From Antedon mediterranea (lineage: Eukaryota; Animalia; Echinodermata): DNA of 64,000 bases. The stretch covers positions 11,075,888-11,139,887 of the forward strand of contig NC_092676.1 of the NCBI RefSeq assembly GCF_964355755.1. Direction: 5' to 3'. The notes below the pieces were generated by a model. That model did not search any database, was not told the DNA's origin, and worked only from the letters and a program-made list of their open reading frames with translations. A program made the translations under genes and the position numbers. Positions 24,600-37,292 of the stretch are shown here, piece by piece. Each line of letters starts with the position of its first letter. Within the stretch, counting starts at the first letter, position 1.

Positions 24600-27500
24600 T
24601 AGGGCGCTATGTAATGAAGACTCCGTCAAAGCTAAAACTTATCGAACTCCCAAAAGTAAGTTAAAGGATGAAATAAACTGAACGTAAGTTTTAAACAGCT
24701 TCTACAATCAAATAAAAGTAAAATAAGAAGTCGATTGTAAAAAATGAGTGCTACTAGAGCGAAATCTAAACAAATATCTGAAACTACTGAGGCAACGCCT
24801 ATGCCACGTCAGCTTAAAGTTCCCGCGACTACCGACTTGAGGACTGACACGTCATCTTCTGAAATAAAGGCCCTGCGAAAAGATCTAAAAGATCTAAAAT
24901 CATATCAAATAAGAAATGACTTGTCTGCTATGATAAACGAGGGAGAGTGCATTATAATTGAATTAAAAAATAATGATAAATCAATTATATGTGGAATAAT
25001 CTACAGGCCCCCTAAAGCCCATATTCCAACATTTAATAATCAACTTAGTGAATTAATGCACATGTTAAACAATGAAAATAAAAAGGCATACCTTATGGGT
25101 GACTTTAACCTAGATCTACAAAATTATAACGGTGACAATAATGTTCAAACTCACGTAGACAACATGCTAACAGAATCTTTCATTCCACTAGTTAATAAAC
25201 CCACCCGAATCACAAAAGATACCGCAACAGTAATTGACAATATTTATACAAATTATCAGGAATTCCAAAATATTAACACAGGGATATTAGTTAACGACAT
25301 ATCTGACCACTTTGCAGTTTTCTGCATGGATGATTCAGAAAATTATTCATTACCACGATCAGAAAAATTTATAATAAAAAGAAGCTATACTGATCAACAA
25401 AAACGGCAATTTAGACTTGAATTACAGGGCTATGATTGGCAATATGTAACTAGCATTGAAAATTTGAATGAATCATATAAATGTTTCTCAGATTCTTTAA
25501 AAACAATGATAGATAAGCATTTCCCACTAAAAAGAGTTAGATTAAAAGTAGATACAATTAAATCCCCGTGGATAACATATGGAATTCAAAAATCTCTTTG
25601 TACCAAAAATAAATTATACATCAAATATAAACAGAAACCAACAGATATAAATAAATCTAAATATAAGAAATATAAGAATAAGTTAACATCAATAATAAGA
25701 GAAAGGAAAACTATTTATTACAAAAATGAATTTGAAAAGCACAAGAGTAATATAAAGAAAACATGGGGTGTCATAAACTCATTATTAGGTAGGAAGAAAC
25801 ATCAAGACATGCCTCAAAAAATGAAAATCAACTCCCATCAACTTAATGACCCAACATCCATAGCCAATGCGTTTAACACATACTTTATAAATATAGGTGA
25901 CTAAATGACAGGTGATGATAACCGTAATAGTAACACCGAATATAAAATACAACATGACATTTTGAATTCAATGTTTTTTAGAGCTGTATCCGAGTCCGAT
26001 ATCATTAAATACATTAATGACTTAAATGTAAATAAGTCAAGTGGTTGTGATGACATTGGTACCATTTATATAAAAAATAACTCAGATATACTGGCTAAAC
26101 CGTTATCTCATATAATCAATGTATCCCTTCAATCGGGTGTATTTCCTTGTCAACTAAAAATTGCTAAAACAATTCCTGTGTATAAAAAAGGAGCAAGAGA
26201 GAACATAGAAAATTATAGACCGATATCGATATTACCATGTATATCTAAGGTATTTGAAAGGGTCGTATATGACCAAACAATCGCTTTTTTGTGTAAATAT
26301 GATATGTTACATGAATCTCAATATGGATTCAGGGCAGGTCATTCAACTAACCACGCCCTCCTACAAGTCCTTGATAAAATAACAACAGCCGTTGACAACA
26401 AGCAATTTATGATTGGCGTATTTTAGGATTTATCCAAGGCGTTCGATTCGATAGATCATGAATTATTGCTCACAAAATTGCCCCATTATGGAATAAGAGG
26501 CGTGGTTCTTGATTGGTACCGAAGCTACCTTAGAGAAAGACAACAATTCGTACAAATTGGGAAGTGTCAGTCTGTAACCAAAATAATAAAACAAGGCGTT
26601 CCACAAGGGTCAATCCTTGGACCCCTGCTGTTTTTGATTTTCATAAATGACATGTTTTCTGTAAGTAATGTCGTTGATTTAATAATGTTTGCAGATGATA
26701 CGAATATGTTTTTACAACACAATGATATCGTCACTGCCTTTACAATAATGACAAATGAACTAAATAAAATTGAGAAATGGTGTAAAACTAATAGATTAAC
26801 TATTAATACAACCAAGACTACGTATATGTTATTTAGTGGAAAGAATACCAACATTGACACATCCCAATTTGTACTTTCAATAAATAGAGTTTCAATAGAT
26901 AGAGTACCATATACTAAATTTCTCGGTGTCATCATTGATGAGAAACTGAACTTTAGACACCATACAAATGCAGTTTCTTGTAAAGCATCCTCAATAATTG
27001 GTGCCATGTGTCATATAAAAAAATTAGTATCTACTGGAGTGTTACTTACCATATACAAGACACTTATATTACCAGTGTTGACATATGGTATTATTGTATG
27101 GGGTGCGGGAAACAAAGACAATTTGGATCGCCTTCTATTGCTTCAGAAAAAAGCTCTTATGATCATTTGTAAGGTAGACTTTCATCATCCCTCTTCTCAG
27201 CTCTTTGTGAAAACGGGCACATTTAATATATTTGATTTGTATAAAAACCGTGTTTTAAATTTTATGTTTAAATACCAAAAAGGACAACTTCCAAAATGTT
27301 TTAATTCTTTATTCAGTTTATTTGATAATTATCATACATATAACACTCGAAATAAAGACAATTATTGTATAAAATTAAAATCAACTAATATGGGTCAGCA
27401 AAGTATAGCATATAGAGGACCTAAGCTATGGAATCAACTTATAAGAAATATAAGAGAGAGTGAAAATATATCAATATTTAAAAAACTATTACTAAATAAA

Positions 27501-27862
27501 TGCATTAATAGTTATAAAGAAACAATATATCTTTGCGAAAACAACATTTGTAAAATATGTCTAACTTTAACTTAATTAATTACATGTTCGTATATATTCT
27601 GAGATAAGATATTCTAAGACTGATGTATATATATATATATATATTATATTATAGTACGTTGTATTTTCCTTCATTTATTTACTACATGAAAACATTTTTG
27701 TAATATATTTGTAAATGTATATTTTAAGTTAGGATGCCACAGATTAAAAGCTTTGCTTGCTTGTGGTTATCCTGTTTTTCACACTTTATTGTACTTAATC
27801 TTTTATTTATATTTTTATGAATGTTGTGTGAAAAATAAAAGAATCAATCAATCAATCAATCA
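24600..27862 (+). mobile_element. CR1/L2-group LINE inserted in the BEL 3' LTR
   Basis: TSD ATCT at 24596-24599 and 27863-27866. AATAAA and (CAAT)n tail. One reading frame 24744-27575 with APE ('IYRPP','MGDFN','SDH') and RT ('[10 protein letters not shown]','FADD') motifs. Confidence 0.93.
24744..27575 (+). pseudogene. LINE APE-RT reading frame with two in-frame stops (25902-25904 and 26424-26426)
   Basis: ORFs 24744-25904, 25905-26426 and 26466-27575 are all in the same frame. Confidence 0.9.
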
Positions 27863-28745
27863 ATCTCCCCAACACACATCAAATCAGAACATCAGTTTAG
27901 TACAGTATACACACCAGAAAACATTCTGAATAGACAGAATTAAAATACAGTAAGTTTAAACAATGTAACCTAAAAAAAAAGCTTCGTAATTACACTAAGC
28001 AAGATAACAAGCCTAATTACATCATTAGTCCTGCCAAATATCAATGCGCCACCAAACCACGGTGTTCTACCTCCAAACAAAGGAAATATCTCAAGCGCAA
28101 TAAATTAGTTCTTACAAACAAACATTAAAGTCATCAACGTAACGGTAAACTTGACTTATATCTAATACGATAATTCAGTTATTGTAATTTATCTAAGTTA
28201 TGATCAATGTAGGCAAAAACTGCCCCACTACAGCGACAATTCTATACATACAGCAAGTCTGCCGATACGAGTGCAATAGCAAGCCGACCATGTGAGCGTC
28301 GCTAATGATAAACACATGCTAGGGTGATCAACCTAAAATGTGCTCATAATTCGGTATACGTAATAAAATTACTTAATTACGAACAATCATGTGATTCTTA
28401 AATACTTACATATCATCATAATGACAATTATCAAACATCAGTTATGGTTTTAAATAGAAAAACCCAGTAATTACATCAGAGAAACATTAGACGTGTAGAT
28501 GAATTCAGCAGAACATTCTGAATTGCCCACGCAATATAGCGCCCTCTCTGTTCAGATAAACAACTTAGTTTCTAAGCGAAACATCCTCCCCCCTATGTGA
28601 GGAAATCACATAAACTTAACCTATTCTATTCATAACCCTCAACAGGATAAGATTACTGACAATTTAGTGATAGGCCGTGTATAATTTCCACTCGATGTTT
28701 TCAACGCTACACTTCGCACATGTTGGTCTTTTCCGGGGTATACAT

Positions 28746-31146
28746 CAGCGTTGCTAGCGATAAAATTTAAATTATGTCGTATCCTGTCTCAAATAATGCC
28801 AGATTGGGAAAAATAATGCCAGATCCCCAAAATGTGGCCCTAAACAGCGCCACCAACGGTTGTATGTCTAATAAACGTTTGTAAACCCCAACTGACACAA
28901 AATAGGGCCTAAAATTGTATCCCCATGTCATACAAAATTTATATTTTTAGTTTTGTGAGTAATAACTAATAATTCTAAATATCTGGGGTGCGAAAATGGT
29001 AATTGCAAATGACACCAACACCAACTTAAATTTGGAAAAATACAGCTACTCGATGGCCGGAAATGGCACTTAATTTCAAATATAAAATAAAAATATATTT
29101 ATTAGTACCTCCAGGATCTTAGCCCATGATAGTTTTGAAAGTGCCAATTATAATTTAAAATAGGAAATAAAAATATATATTAAGTGTTTCCAGGACCTCA
29201 GCCCCACCATGGTTGGGGCTGAGGTAAAACAAATTGGAAAAATAGAGCTGCTAGATGGCCGGAAATTGCACTTAATTTTAAATAACAATGTATAAGAGTC
29301 CCTAGGACCTCGCCCCATCATGGTCACTGAGAGGTGAAGAAAATTTGGAAATATAGGGTTGCTACGACGATGCAAATGGAACATAATTTGAAATATGGAA
29401 AACAAATTCTCTAGAAGAAATTCTTTTTAAAATTAGAGCTTCTAGTTACCGGAAATTGCCATTTTAAGGGTTGGGGTAGGGGTGTGGCCGCTTATAATTA
29501 TGAACTGAAAAAACAAAACCCCTTTCATAATGTTTTCGTTCAATTGTCTCTACTAGATGGTACGCTCGCTTCGCTCGCGTAGGCCTACCATCTAGTTCGT
29601 GCCCACAGATGGTTCTCGAATACATAGTAATTTCAGCGTAAAAAAACTGTCGGTTTCAAATGTACGTACGGCAGGACTATAAAACATTGTCGTTTACAGA
29701 AACAAATAAATAGACACAATGATTTATGTAGTCAACCAAAATTAGCACCTAGAAACTTGTCACAAAATGAGTCGAAATTTGTTATTTGGACTCATTTTAA
29801 CAAACCCAATTTTGTTAAATTATTCTTTATATTTCTTTATTATCCAATCATTAACGAAATATTTTTTTATAGGCCTATAAATAATATACCACTAAATAGA
29901 GTGAAACATTTCCGATTTAATACTTTATTAAAACTGTCACTGTCTCATGGTCGATTGAAATAGTAAAGTACATTTAAAGACCACTAATACGTTTATATTT
30001 TTGTAATTATTAATTAATACAAACGTTGAGAAACAATTAACAGTAATAAAGTATTATATAATTATGTGTTTATAATCTGAAAGTAGGGGCTACCAACACT
30101 CACAGTGATAAAGTTTATTAGTATATTTGTTTATATTATATCTAACAGTACCAACACACTTTTGATTCAAATGGCGATCAAAAGTGGTTAATACCTATTT
30201 GCAGTATTGTATAGCACTACAATACTATTTCTGTTTATTCTCCAAGGGTCTATAAATTTACCTACTTGTGTTAAACCATGGAGGTATGCAATAATTTGGA
30301 ATGTTCCATTAATTGAAAATCAATACATTTCTATAAACGTATATTAAATCTATCAAAATAGTATTTTTTAAAGAAAATCAGCCTGTCTTCAACATTATGA
30401 TGCTGTACTCTAGCTGTTCAACCGGTTTTCAGCTATTAAAAACAATTATCATAGGAGGAGATAGGAAAATGCGAAGCCTCCTCGTATTTTTGTGGCGGGT
30501 ATTTTTCAAGATGGACATCTATTAGACAGTGTATACCACGATCGGAAAACACCCTATTTGGGGCAAATCGTTGAACCTAAATTCGTTTTAATCGTCAATA
30601 ACTACTTATCTAACTTAATTTAATTAGTAAACAGGGTTACATCAGGTGGTTAAAATCAGTACTGAAAGTACGAACCAACTTTATATACCATCGAGTAAAA
30701 ATTCTAGAAGTAAGGCGCAGTTTACCGAATTTTGCCCTTACGCTGGGGATCCAATAACCTGCATGGTCTCTGAAATAGAGCAACATAATTGGCCAATAAC
30801 TAGCCTCTTCGGATTTGTTGTGCTGCCTATATCGCAGACACGGTAGTTTTTGAGCAGCCTTCCTATCCGAAGAGTCGATAAGTCCGAAACGAAAGGATGG
30901 AAGAACTATTGTACGGAAAACCCGAACAGATCTGTTTTGTATGATATGATATTGTGTAAGGTGATATGTATTAACAAAATATTTTATTTTTGTTCTGTGG
31001 TATATTATTTTTTTGGTTGTTCAAAAAACACAAAATTATGCCAGATTATGCTAAAAACGGCTAAATAATGCCGCGGCATTATGCCAGATGCCGTGGGCCT
31101 CCAAATAATGCCAAAAAGCATAATAATGCCAGAAATGGCAACTATG
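28746..31146. mobile_element. Non-autonomous hAT-type DNA transposon inserted at the end of the BEL integrase
   Basis: 8-bp TSD GTATACAT at 28738-28745 and 31147-31154. Termini CAGCGTTGCTA / TGGCAACTATG. Subterminal AATAATGCCAGA repeats at both ends. Removal restores 'ITDVY|PGKDQHVRSV'. Confidence 0.9.
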
Positions 31147-34100
31147 GTATACATCAGTGATCTTGGCTATGGTCCATTTTCCTCTTACGGCATTGGGATC
31201 TGCCAACATAACTACATCACCAACTCTTACATCTCTTTTTTGAACACTCCATTTCTTCCTCGGTACTAATAAAGGAAAAACGTCCCTCATCCAGGCTTTC
31301 CAAAAGGCATCGACCAACCTCTGCACGAACTCCACTCTTTTCTGAGGGTTCTTAGTTTCACGAAATGGACCTTGCGGCACATGACTAGAAGCCCTTCCCA
31401 GTAAGATGTCATTAGGACAAATATATGCACCGTCATCAGGATCGTTCGGCTTTCTACCAATAGGCCTCTCGTTTATTAAATTCGCCACCTCTTGCAAGTA
31501 AGTAAACAGCTCAAATGGAGTCAGACGTTGTTCACCCATTGACTTCTTTAGTGCGTGTTTACAAGTTTTGACGAGCGCCTTTGCACAGCCGTTGTGGTGT
31601 GGAGCTAATGGTGTCGTAAACCTCCAAGTGACTTGCTCTTCAGCGCAGTACTCCTTCAGCTTTATTGTGTCCCACCCGGCAACCATTTCCCTTAGCTCAC
31701 GCTCAGCTCCAATAAATTGCGTTCCGTTGTCACTCTGGATCAGTTTTGGACGTCCCCTAATAGCAAAAAAATCGTCTTAGCACCTGAATATATTCCTGAG
31801 TCGAACAGTCAACCACAAGCTCCAAATGAACAGCACGGGTCACTAGACAGGTGAAGATGACCCCATAATGCTTGGTCGTCTTGTTGCGGCCAACTTTGAC
31901 GTGGTATGGTCCAAAGTAGTCGCATGCAGTGTAGTGAAAGGGTGGTGTAAATGGTGTCACACGTTCTACCGGTAGTTCAGCCATAATCTGGGTTTCAGTT
32001 TTGTGCTCAAACACTCTACATGCTGTACATCTGAACTTGACAGTTTTCGCAAGAGTAGTTCCCTTAATAATCCAGAACTTTCGCCTTACTTTTGCAGCAG
32101 TCGTTGCGACGCCATAATGTCCGGTTTCATGTATTTGTCTTGTTAAAAGGTATGAGACAGGATGACATCTAGGGAGTAAAATGGGATAGGCTTGATCATA
32201 GGACAGTCTTTCGTTCCTAGTACGTCCTCCCACGTAAACAACACCATTCATCCTGAAAGGATTCAGAGACTTATATTCTTTCAGCTTCCTTAGTGACTTT
32301 TGCGCATCAATAACCCAATGTCGTTATGCTACCATTAGTTCATGTGAAGACAGCGCACCATCATCTACGCAGCATTTGGCTTTAGAATTCGTGATGAATC
32401 TAAAAACGTAAGCGGTAACTCTAACAAGTCTTCGCCAGCTTGAATACTTGTTACTGTTTATCGCTTCCTCGTGGTCTTGGACCAGCATGACAGTTTTCAC
32501 TTTTCTTTTCTCCAAGTCTACATCTGCTTCATTTGCCTTAGGAATGGATCTTGGCCATTCATTCTCTGCTAACTTAAGGAATGATGGACCTTCTTTCCAA
32601 TCGCCACTTAACTCGTCAACACTCACTCCTCTAGATATCTTGTCAGCTATGTTGAATTCTCCTGGAATGTGTCTCCAATCTGATGGGTTTATACTGACGT
32701 GATTGACCTCTTATCCAGGATAGAGCAATGATAGAATCCGACAGAAAGACAGCCTTCTTAAATTTCACAGACATTTCTTTGATCACCGACGCATACAGTC
32801 TAGTTGCTAACACAGCTGCCTGTAATTCCAGCCTTGGTACAGTCAAAGTTTTAAGCGGTGCAACGCGAGACTTCGCAGTCAGGAACCTTACACCAACTGA
32901 ACCATCAGGCATTATCCATCTCGTATAACAAACGGCACCGAATGCAGTCTCAGACGCATCGCAGAATATTACTAGTTGTAATTCAGCATCTGGTTCAGGA
33001 ATCAAGCATCTCATGAATTCAACACCATGCAAACTCTTCATTTCAGCAAAGAACTTAACCCAGTTGGCTTTCTCCGCAACACTCAACTCATCATCCCAAC
33101 CGACTCCAGTTGCCCAAAGACGCTGCATCATGATCTTAGCTCGAATTAAGAATGCACCTGCAAATCCGATAGGATCAAAGATCTTAGAAATTTTGCTTAA
33201 TACTGTTCGCTTAGTGACTTTAACATTAACATCGTCCTGCTCCATCTTGTACTTAAGCACATCTGTTCTTGGTTCCCATACAACCCCCAATACCTTTTGC
33301 TCATCCTTCTCAGTCATGACACTTTGTTCAGAATAATCCTGGTCACCGTGCAAATTAATGTTTGACACCCATTTCTTGACCTTAAACTTGGCGGTAGACA
33401 GAACTCTATCTATGTCCTTGGTAAGGTAGACAGCATTGGTTTCGTCTTTGACAGACGTGCAGATGTCGTCCATGTAGGTGTCTTTGCAAAGTGTATTCGC
33501 AGCTTGCGGATAGTTGGCTTCGTTTCCTTTGGCAGTTTTCAGGAGAGCAGTTATTGCCATGGCTGGCACTGGCTTGTCACCTGGCGTCACTATGGTCAGT
33601 ACATACGTGTCAGGAGTACGTTGTTCGAAATTTCTCCATAGAAATCGGTGCATGCGCATATCACTCAGTTGTATCTTCACTTGATAAAACATCTTGCTGA
33701 TGTCTCCCACAACGGCAACCTTAAATTCTCTAAACCTCATAATTACTCCCATGAAATTCTGTAACAGGTCAGGTCTTTTACTCCAGCAGTCGTTTAAGGA
33801 TACGCCCTGGTATACACTGGATGAGTTAAAAACAATTCTGATTGGTGTACTAGCATTTTCCTGTCTGACTACAGCATGATGCGGAATGAAATGCGCTGGC
33901 CCAGAATAATCATTCTTCTCCTTGATTGAGAGTTTTCTTGCAAATCCACGTTCAACTAGATCTTCAATAGCTTTGTTGTATTGACTTCCAGAAGTTGGTG
34001 TTTTTTGGAGACGTTTTTCTAACGAGCATAGCTTCGCGAAGCATTGTTTCTCATTGTTCGCCAGCGCTTCTGGGGGTTTAACCCAATGGTACGGCATCAT

Positions 34101-35020
34101 CCAACGACCATCTTCGCTCTTTGTGCACGAGTCCCACATCCTTGAGAATATCTTATTATCATCAGGCCTTAGTGACACATCCTCCTTTGTGCAGACACAG
34201 TGTGAAAGCTTTACCCCCATCTCTTCTGTGGCCCAACATTTTGAAATATCTACAGGTTCAGCTAACTTGACAAGCAGCATGGGGGTTTGTTGTTGCCTTG
34301 TTGACCCTCTGGCGTTTGTGCCAAACACAACCCATCCTAACAGAGACTTTCTTGTTACATAGTCACCCATAACTATACATATACCCGTGTGCATCTTCGC
34401 GTAGTTGACCCCTATCAAAATGTCAACATCATCGCTGCCTCTATGGATGGGCTCTCCCAGCTTCCCTTCGACTTCAGTTCGTAGGTTTTCACCAATCTCG
34501 GATACATCTGTAATGCTTGGTACCCCAACAGCACTTAAGGAGTGTAATGTCCCTTCCTTAGATGTGACGATGACGTTGTACACCCTGGTGTGAAGCAATG
34601 ATTTCTCAGAGCCAAGCGTCGTTATCTCAACTGTAATAGGCTTGCTTAGAAATTTGCACTTCTTGGCCAGATCATCTCTTATTAAGGTCAACGTGGCACA
34701 AGTATCAAACAGGATTTTGGAGTCTCTATTGGCTCTGAGAAATCATTGCTTCACACCAGGGTGTACAACGTCATCGTCACATCTAAGGAAGGGACATCAC
34801 ACTCCTTAAGTGCTGTTGGGGTACCAAGCATTACAGATGTATCCGAGATTGGTGAAAACCTACGAACTGCAGTCAGCATCGGCATGACGACATCTCCATC
34901 TTTACTTGAATCTAGATCAAGGGTCATCAGTTGTGTCGTCGACTTATGGGCGATATGCAACATTGGGTGGTGAAATTTATCACAATGTATACACTTCTTT
35001 CTTCGGCGGCAGTTTACCAT
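31147..35020 (-). pseudogene. BEL/Pao pol (protease, RT, RNase H, integrase), frameshifted; final codons at ~28620-28745
   Basis: 'ILFDTCAT' protease site (~34690-34715), 'GDISKMFYQV', 'YMDD', 'FCDASETAFGAV', 'KSRVAP..TVPRLEL', integrase 'H..GHYG..C..C', 'DYFGP', 'APHHNGC'. Confidence 0.93.
34475..34869. repeat. 141-bp inverted duplication (34475-34615 and 34729-34869) inside BEL pol
   Basis: Arms are reverse complements with one mismatch seen; spacer 113 bp. The peptide HTRVYNVIVTSKEG appears on both strands. Confidence 0.93.
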
Positions 35021-36336
35021 TGAGTGCTGCTTACCAGCCTAAAGCAAGCAAAGCATACATGACACTCCTTAGCTCGCTTCATCCTCTCTTCAGCAGGTAC
35101 CTGCAGCAGCACAGGGCACTGGTCTGGCCAATGGTCGTCTGTCTCGCATCTCCAGCACTTCTTCCATTTGGTAGATATCTTGTTTTCTGGGTTGACCATT
35201 GTCGCTTCTGTTTGCAACACGCGTCCAGTGGTCTTCTCACCGGGCTTCGACGGTTTGTAACTCTCTAGGGCAGTTCCGAACACTGGGTCACTCATTTCGC
35301 TTGCAGATGACCTTACAAATGTAACAACATCCTTTAAACATGGTATCCTATCCCTCTCTCGCATCTTGAAGACCTCGCGAGTCCATCTCTGTTGCAGAAA
35401 TTTAGGCAGTTTCCCTATTATTGTTTTTAGGCTTCCCTGGTTGTTTAGCTCTTGTAGGTATCCTAGGGCTTCCAGCGCTTGGAAACAATTGGTTAGGTCG
35501 TCAGCATAACCTTTGATTTTTGTAGGCTCTACCTTAGGCCTAGCTACTATTTCTCGAATCCAAGCCTGTACTATGGTTGAGCTGTTGCCGAACCGTTTCT
35601 TCAGGGTGGCCAAAGCAGATTCAAGGCCCTCAGCAGGCGGTTTAAGAACACAGAATTCAGTGGCGTCAAGTGCTCGGCCACAACATAAAGACCTTAGAAC
35701 ATTTAATTTTATACTTGGGTCAGTTATGCAGCTAACACTGTTATTAAAGGATGCGATAAATGTGTAGTAGTACAGCGCATCACCCTCAAACTTTCTTACG
35801 TGGGCTTTGGGTAGAGCCATGGCTTGCATCATACTTATTAGGCTATTCTCATGAGTCGTAATTAATTCTAAATTAACTTTCATAGCATCTACCTTTACAT
35901 CATTACCACTTTGGGTGTCTATGTTAACTACTGATTTATTAGATGCATTATCAATTGAATTTTCATTCGACTTATCTGTTGACCCGTCTATAACTTCAAT
36001 ATTTGCAGGGTTTACGTTAATGATCGGGGTCTTACCGACTGTAGCTAACACCTTTCTTGATACCCTTGTAACCTGGTTAAACTCTCTCACAACAAGTCCT
36101 AGCCACTCTTCTTCTTGCTCGATTTCCTCTTGTTCCTTAATAGCGTCGACCAGATTATCATGTGCAGCTTCCACAGCATCTAGACGAGTCTTGGACTTCT
36201 CCAGTAGCTGGCGTATCTGATCTGGTACAACGTCTTCTTCTTTTAACTCGGCCTTCAACTCGTTTAAGGCCATCGTCAACTTGTCCTTGCGAAGACCTCT
36301 GCTTCGTCTCAGTGATGCCAAATCCTGTGCCTCCAT
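35014..36336 (-). CDS. BEL/Pao gag (DUF1759-like region and Cys/His zinc knuckles), frameshifted at its C-terminus
   Basis: From MEAQDL: coiled-coil N-terminus, 'KFEGDALYY..F', 'LKKRFG', 'KLP', CxxC-x4-H-x4-C knuckle, then 'CFAC'. The third knuckle 'CIHCDKFHHPMLH' is in the next frame. Confidence 0.88.
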   Translation of the reverse strand: MEAQDLASLRRSRGLRKDKLTMALNELKAELKEEDVVPDQIRQLLEKSKTRLDAVEAAHDNLVDAIKEQEEIEQEEEWLGLVVREFNQVTRVSRKVLATVGKTPIINVNPANIEVIDGSTDKSNENSIDNASNKSVVNIDTQSGNDVKVDAMKVNLELITTHENSLISMMQAMALPKAHVRKFEGDALYYYTFIASFNNSVSCITDPSIKLNVLRSLCCGRALDATEFCVLKPPAEGLESALATLKKRFGNSSTIVQAWIREIVARPKVEPTKIKGYADDLTNCFQALEALGYLQELNNQGSLKTIIGKLPKFLQQRWTREVFKMRERDRIPCLKDVVTFVRSSASEMSDPVFGTALESYKPSKPGEKTTGRVLQTEATMVNPENKISTKWKKCWRCETDDHWPDQCPVLLQVPAEERMKRAKECHVCFACFRLVSSTQW

Positions 36337-36377
36337 AATTCTAGTTGGTTGCTGTTCCGAAAAAGTTAATTGAATTG

Positions 36378-37292
36378 TGGCGAGGCGAGGGATCGGCGCA
36401 GGCGCAGAGAGACTGTATTGAGATAAACTCCAGTGTAAGATACTAGATGAACTTTTATTCAATTCTAAAGAATCAAATCAGAAATGACAGTATCAGTAAA
36501 ACAGTAATGACAGTCTCACGAAAATTAACAGATTAAATTGTTACAATACTAATAATACACAACAAGTTAACTTACAACTTATCTCCCCAACACACATCAA
36601 ATCAGTTCAGTACAGTATACACATCAGAAAACATTCTGAATAGACAGAATTAAAATACAGTAAGTTTAAACAATGTAACCTAAAAAACAGCTTCGTAATT
36701 ACACTAAGCAAGATAACAAGCCTAATTACATCATTAGTCCTGCCAAATATCAATGCGCCACCAAACCACGGTGTTCTACCTCCAAACAAAGGAAATATCT
36801 CAAGCGCAATAAATTAGTTCTTACAAACAAACATTAAAGTCATCAACGTAACGGTAAACTTGACTTATATCTAATACGATAATTCAGTTATTGTAATTTA
36901 TCTAAGTTATGATCAATGTAGGCAAAAACTGCCCCACTACAGCGACAATTCTATACATACAGCAAGTCTGCCGATACGAGTGCAATAGCAAGCCGACCAT
37001 GTGAGCGTCGCTAATGATAAACACATGCTAGAGTGATCAACCTAAAATGTGCTCATAATTCGGTATACGTAATAAAATTACTTAATTACGAACAATCATG
37101 TGATTCTTAAATACTTACATATCATCATAATGACAATTATCAAACATCAGTTATGGTTTTAAATAGAAAAGCCCAGTAATTACATCAGAGAAACATTAGA
37201 CGTGTAGATGAATTCAGCAGAACATTCTGAATTGCCCACGCAATATAGCGCCCTCTCTGTTCAGATAAACAACTTAGTTTCTAAGCGAAACA
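36378..37292 (-). repeat. 5' LTR of the BEL/Pao element (915 bp)
   Basis: Minus strand begins TGTTTCGCTTAG and ends CCTCGCCA. AATAAA at ~36455-36460. Confidence 0.93.

Larger units (their letters stand above)
24393..28583 (-). repeat. 3' LTR of the BEL/Pao element (24393-24599 plus 27863-28583), split by a LINE
   Basis: Colinear and near-identical to 36378-37292 once 24600-27862 is removed. Confidence 0.93.
24393..37292 (-). mobile_element. Full-length BEL/Pao LTR retrotransposon, disabled, with nested insertions
   Basis: TG...CA LTRs on the minus strand. 5-bp TSD TATAC at 24388-24392 and 37293-37297. Polypurine tract at 28584-28595. Domain order gag-PR-RT-RH-IN with BEL-type motifs. Confidence 0.95.

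Noticed and set aside
36337-36462. N-terminal 42 aa of the 482-aa gag ORF
   Set aside because: It is read-through from LTR/leader sequence starting at a non-ATG codon; the likely start is the ATG at 36336.
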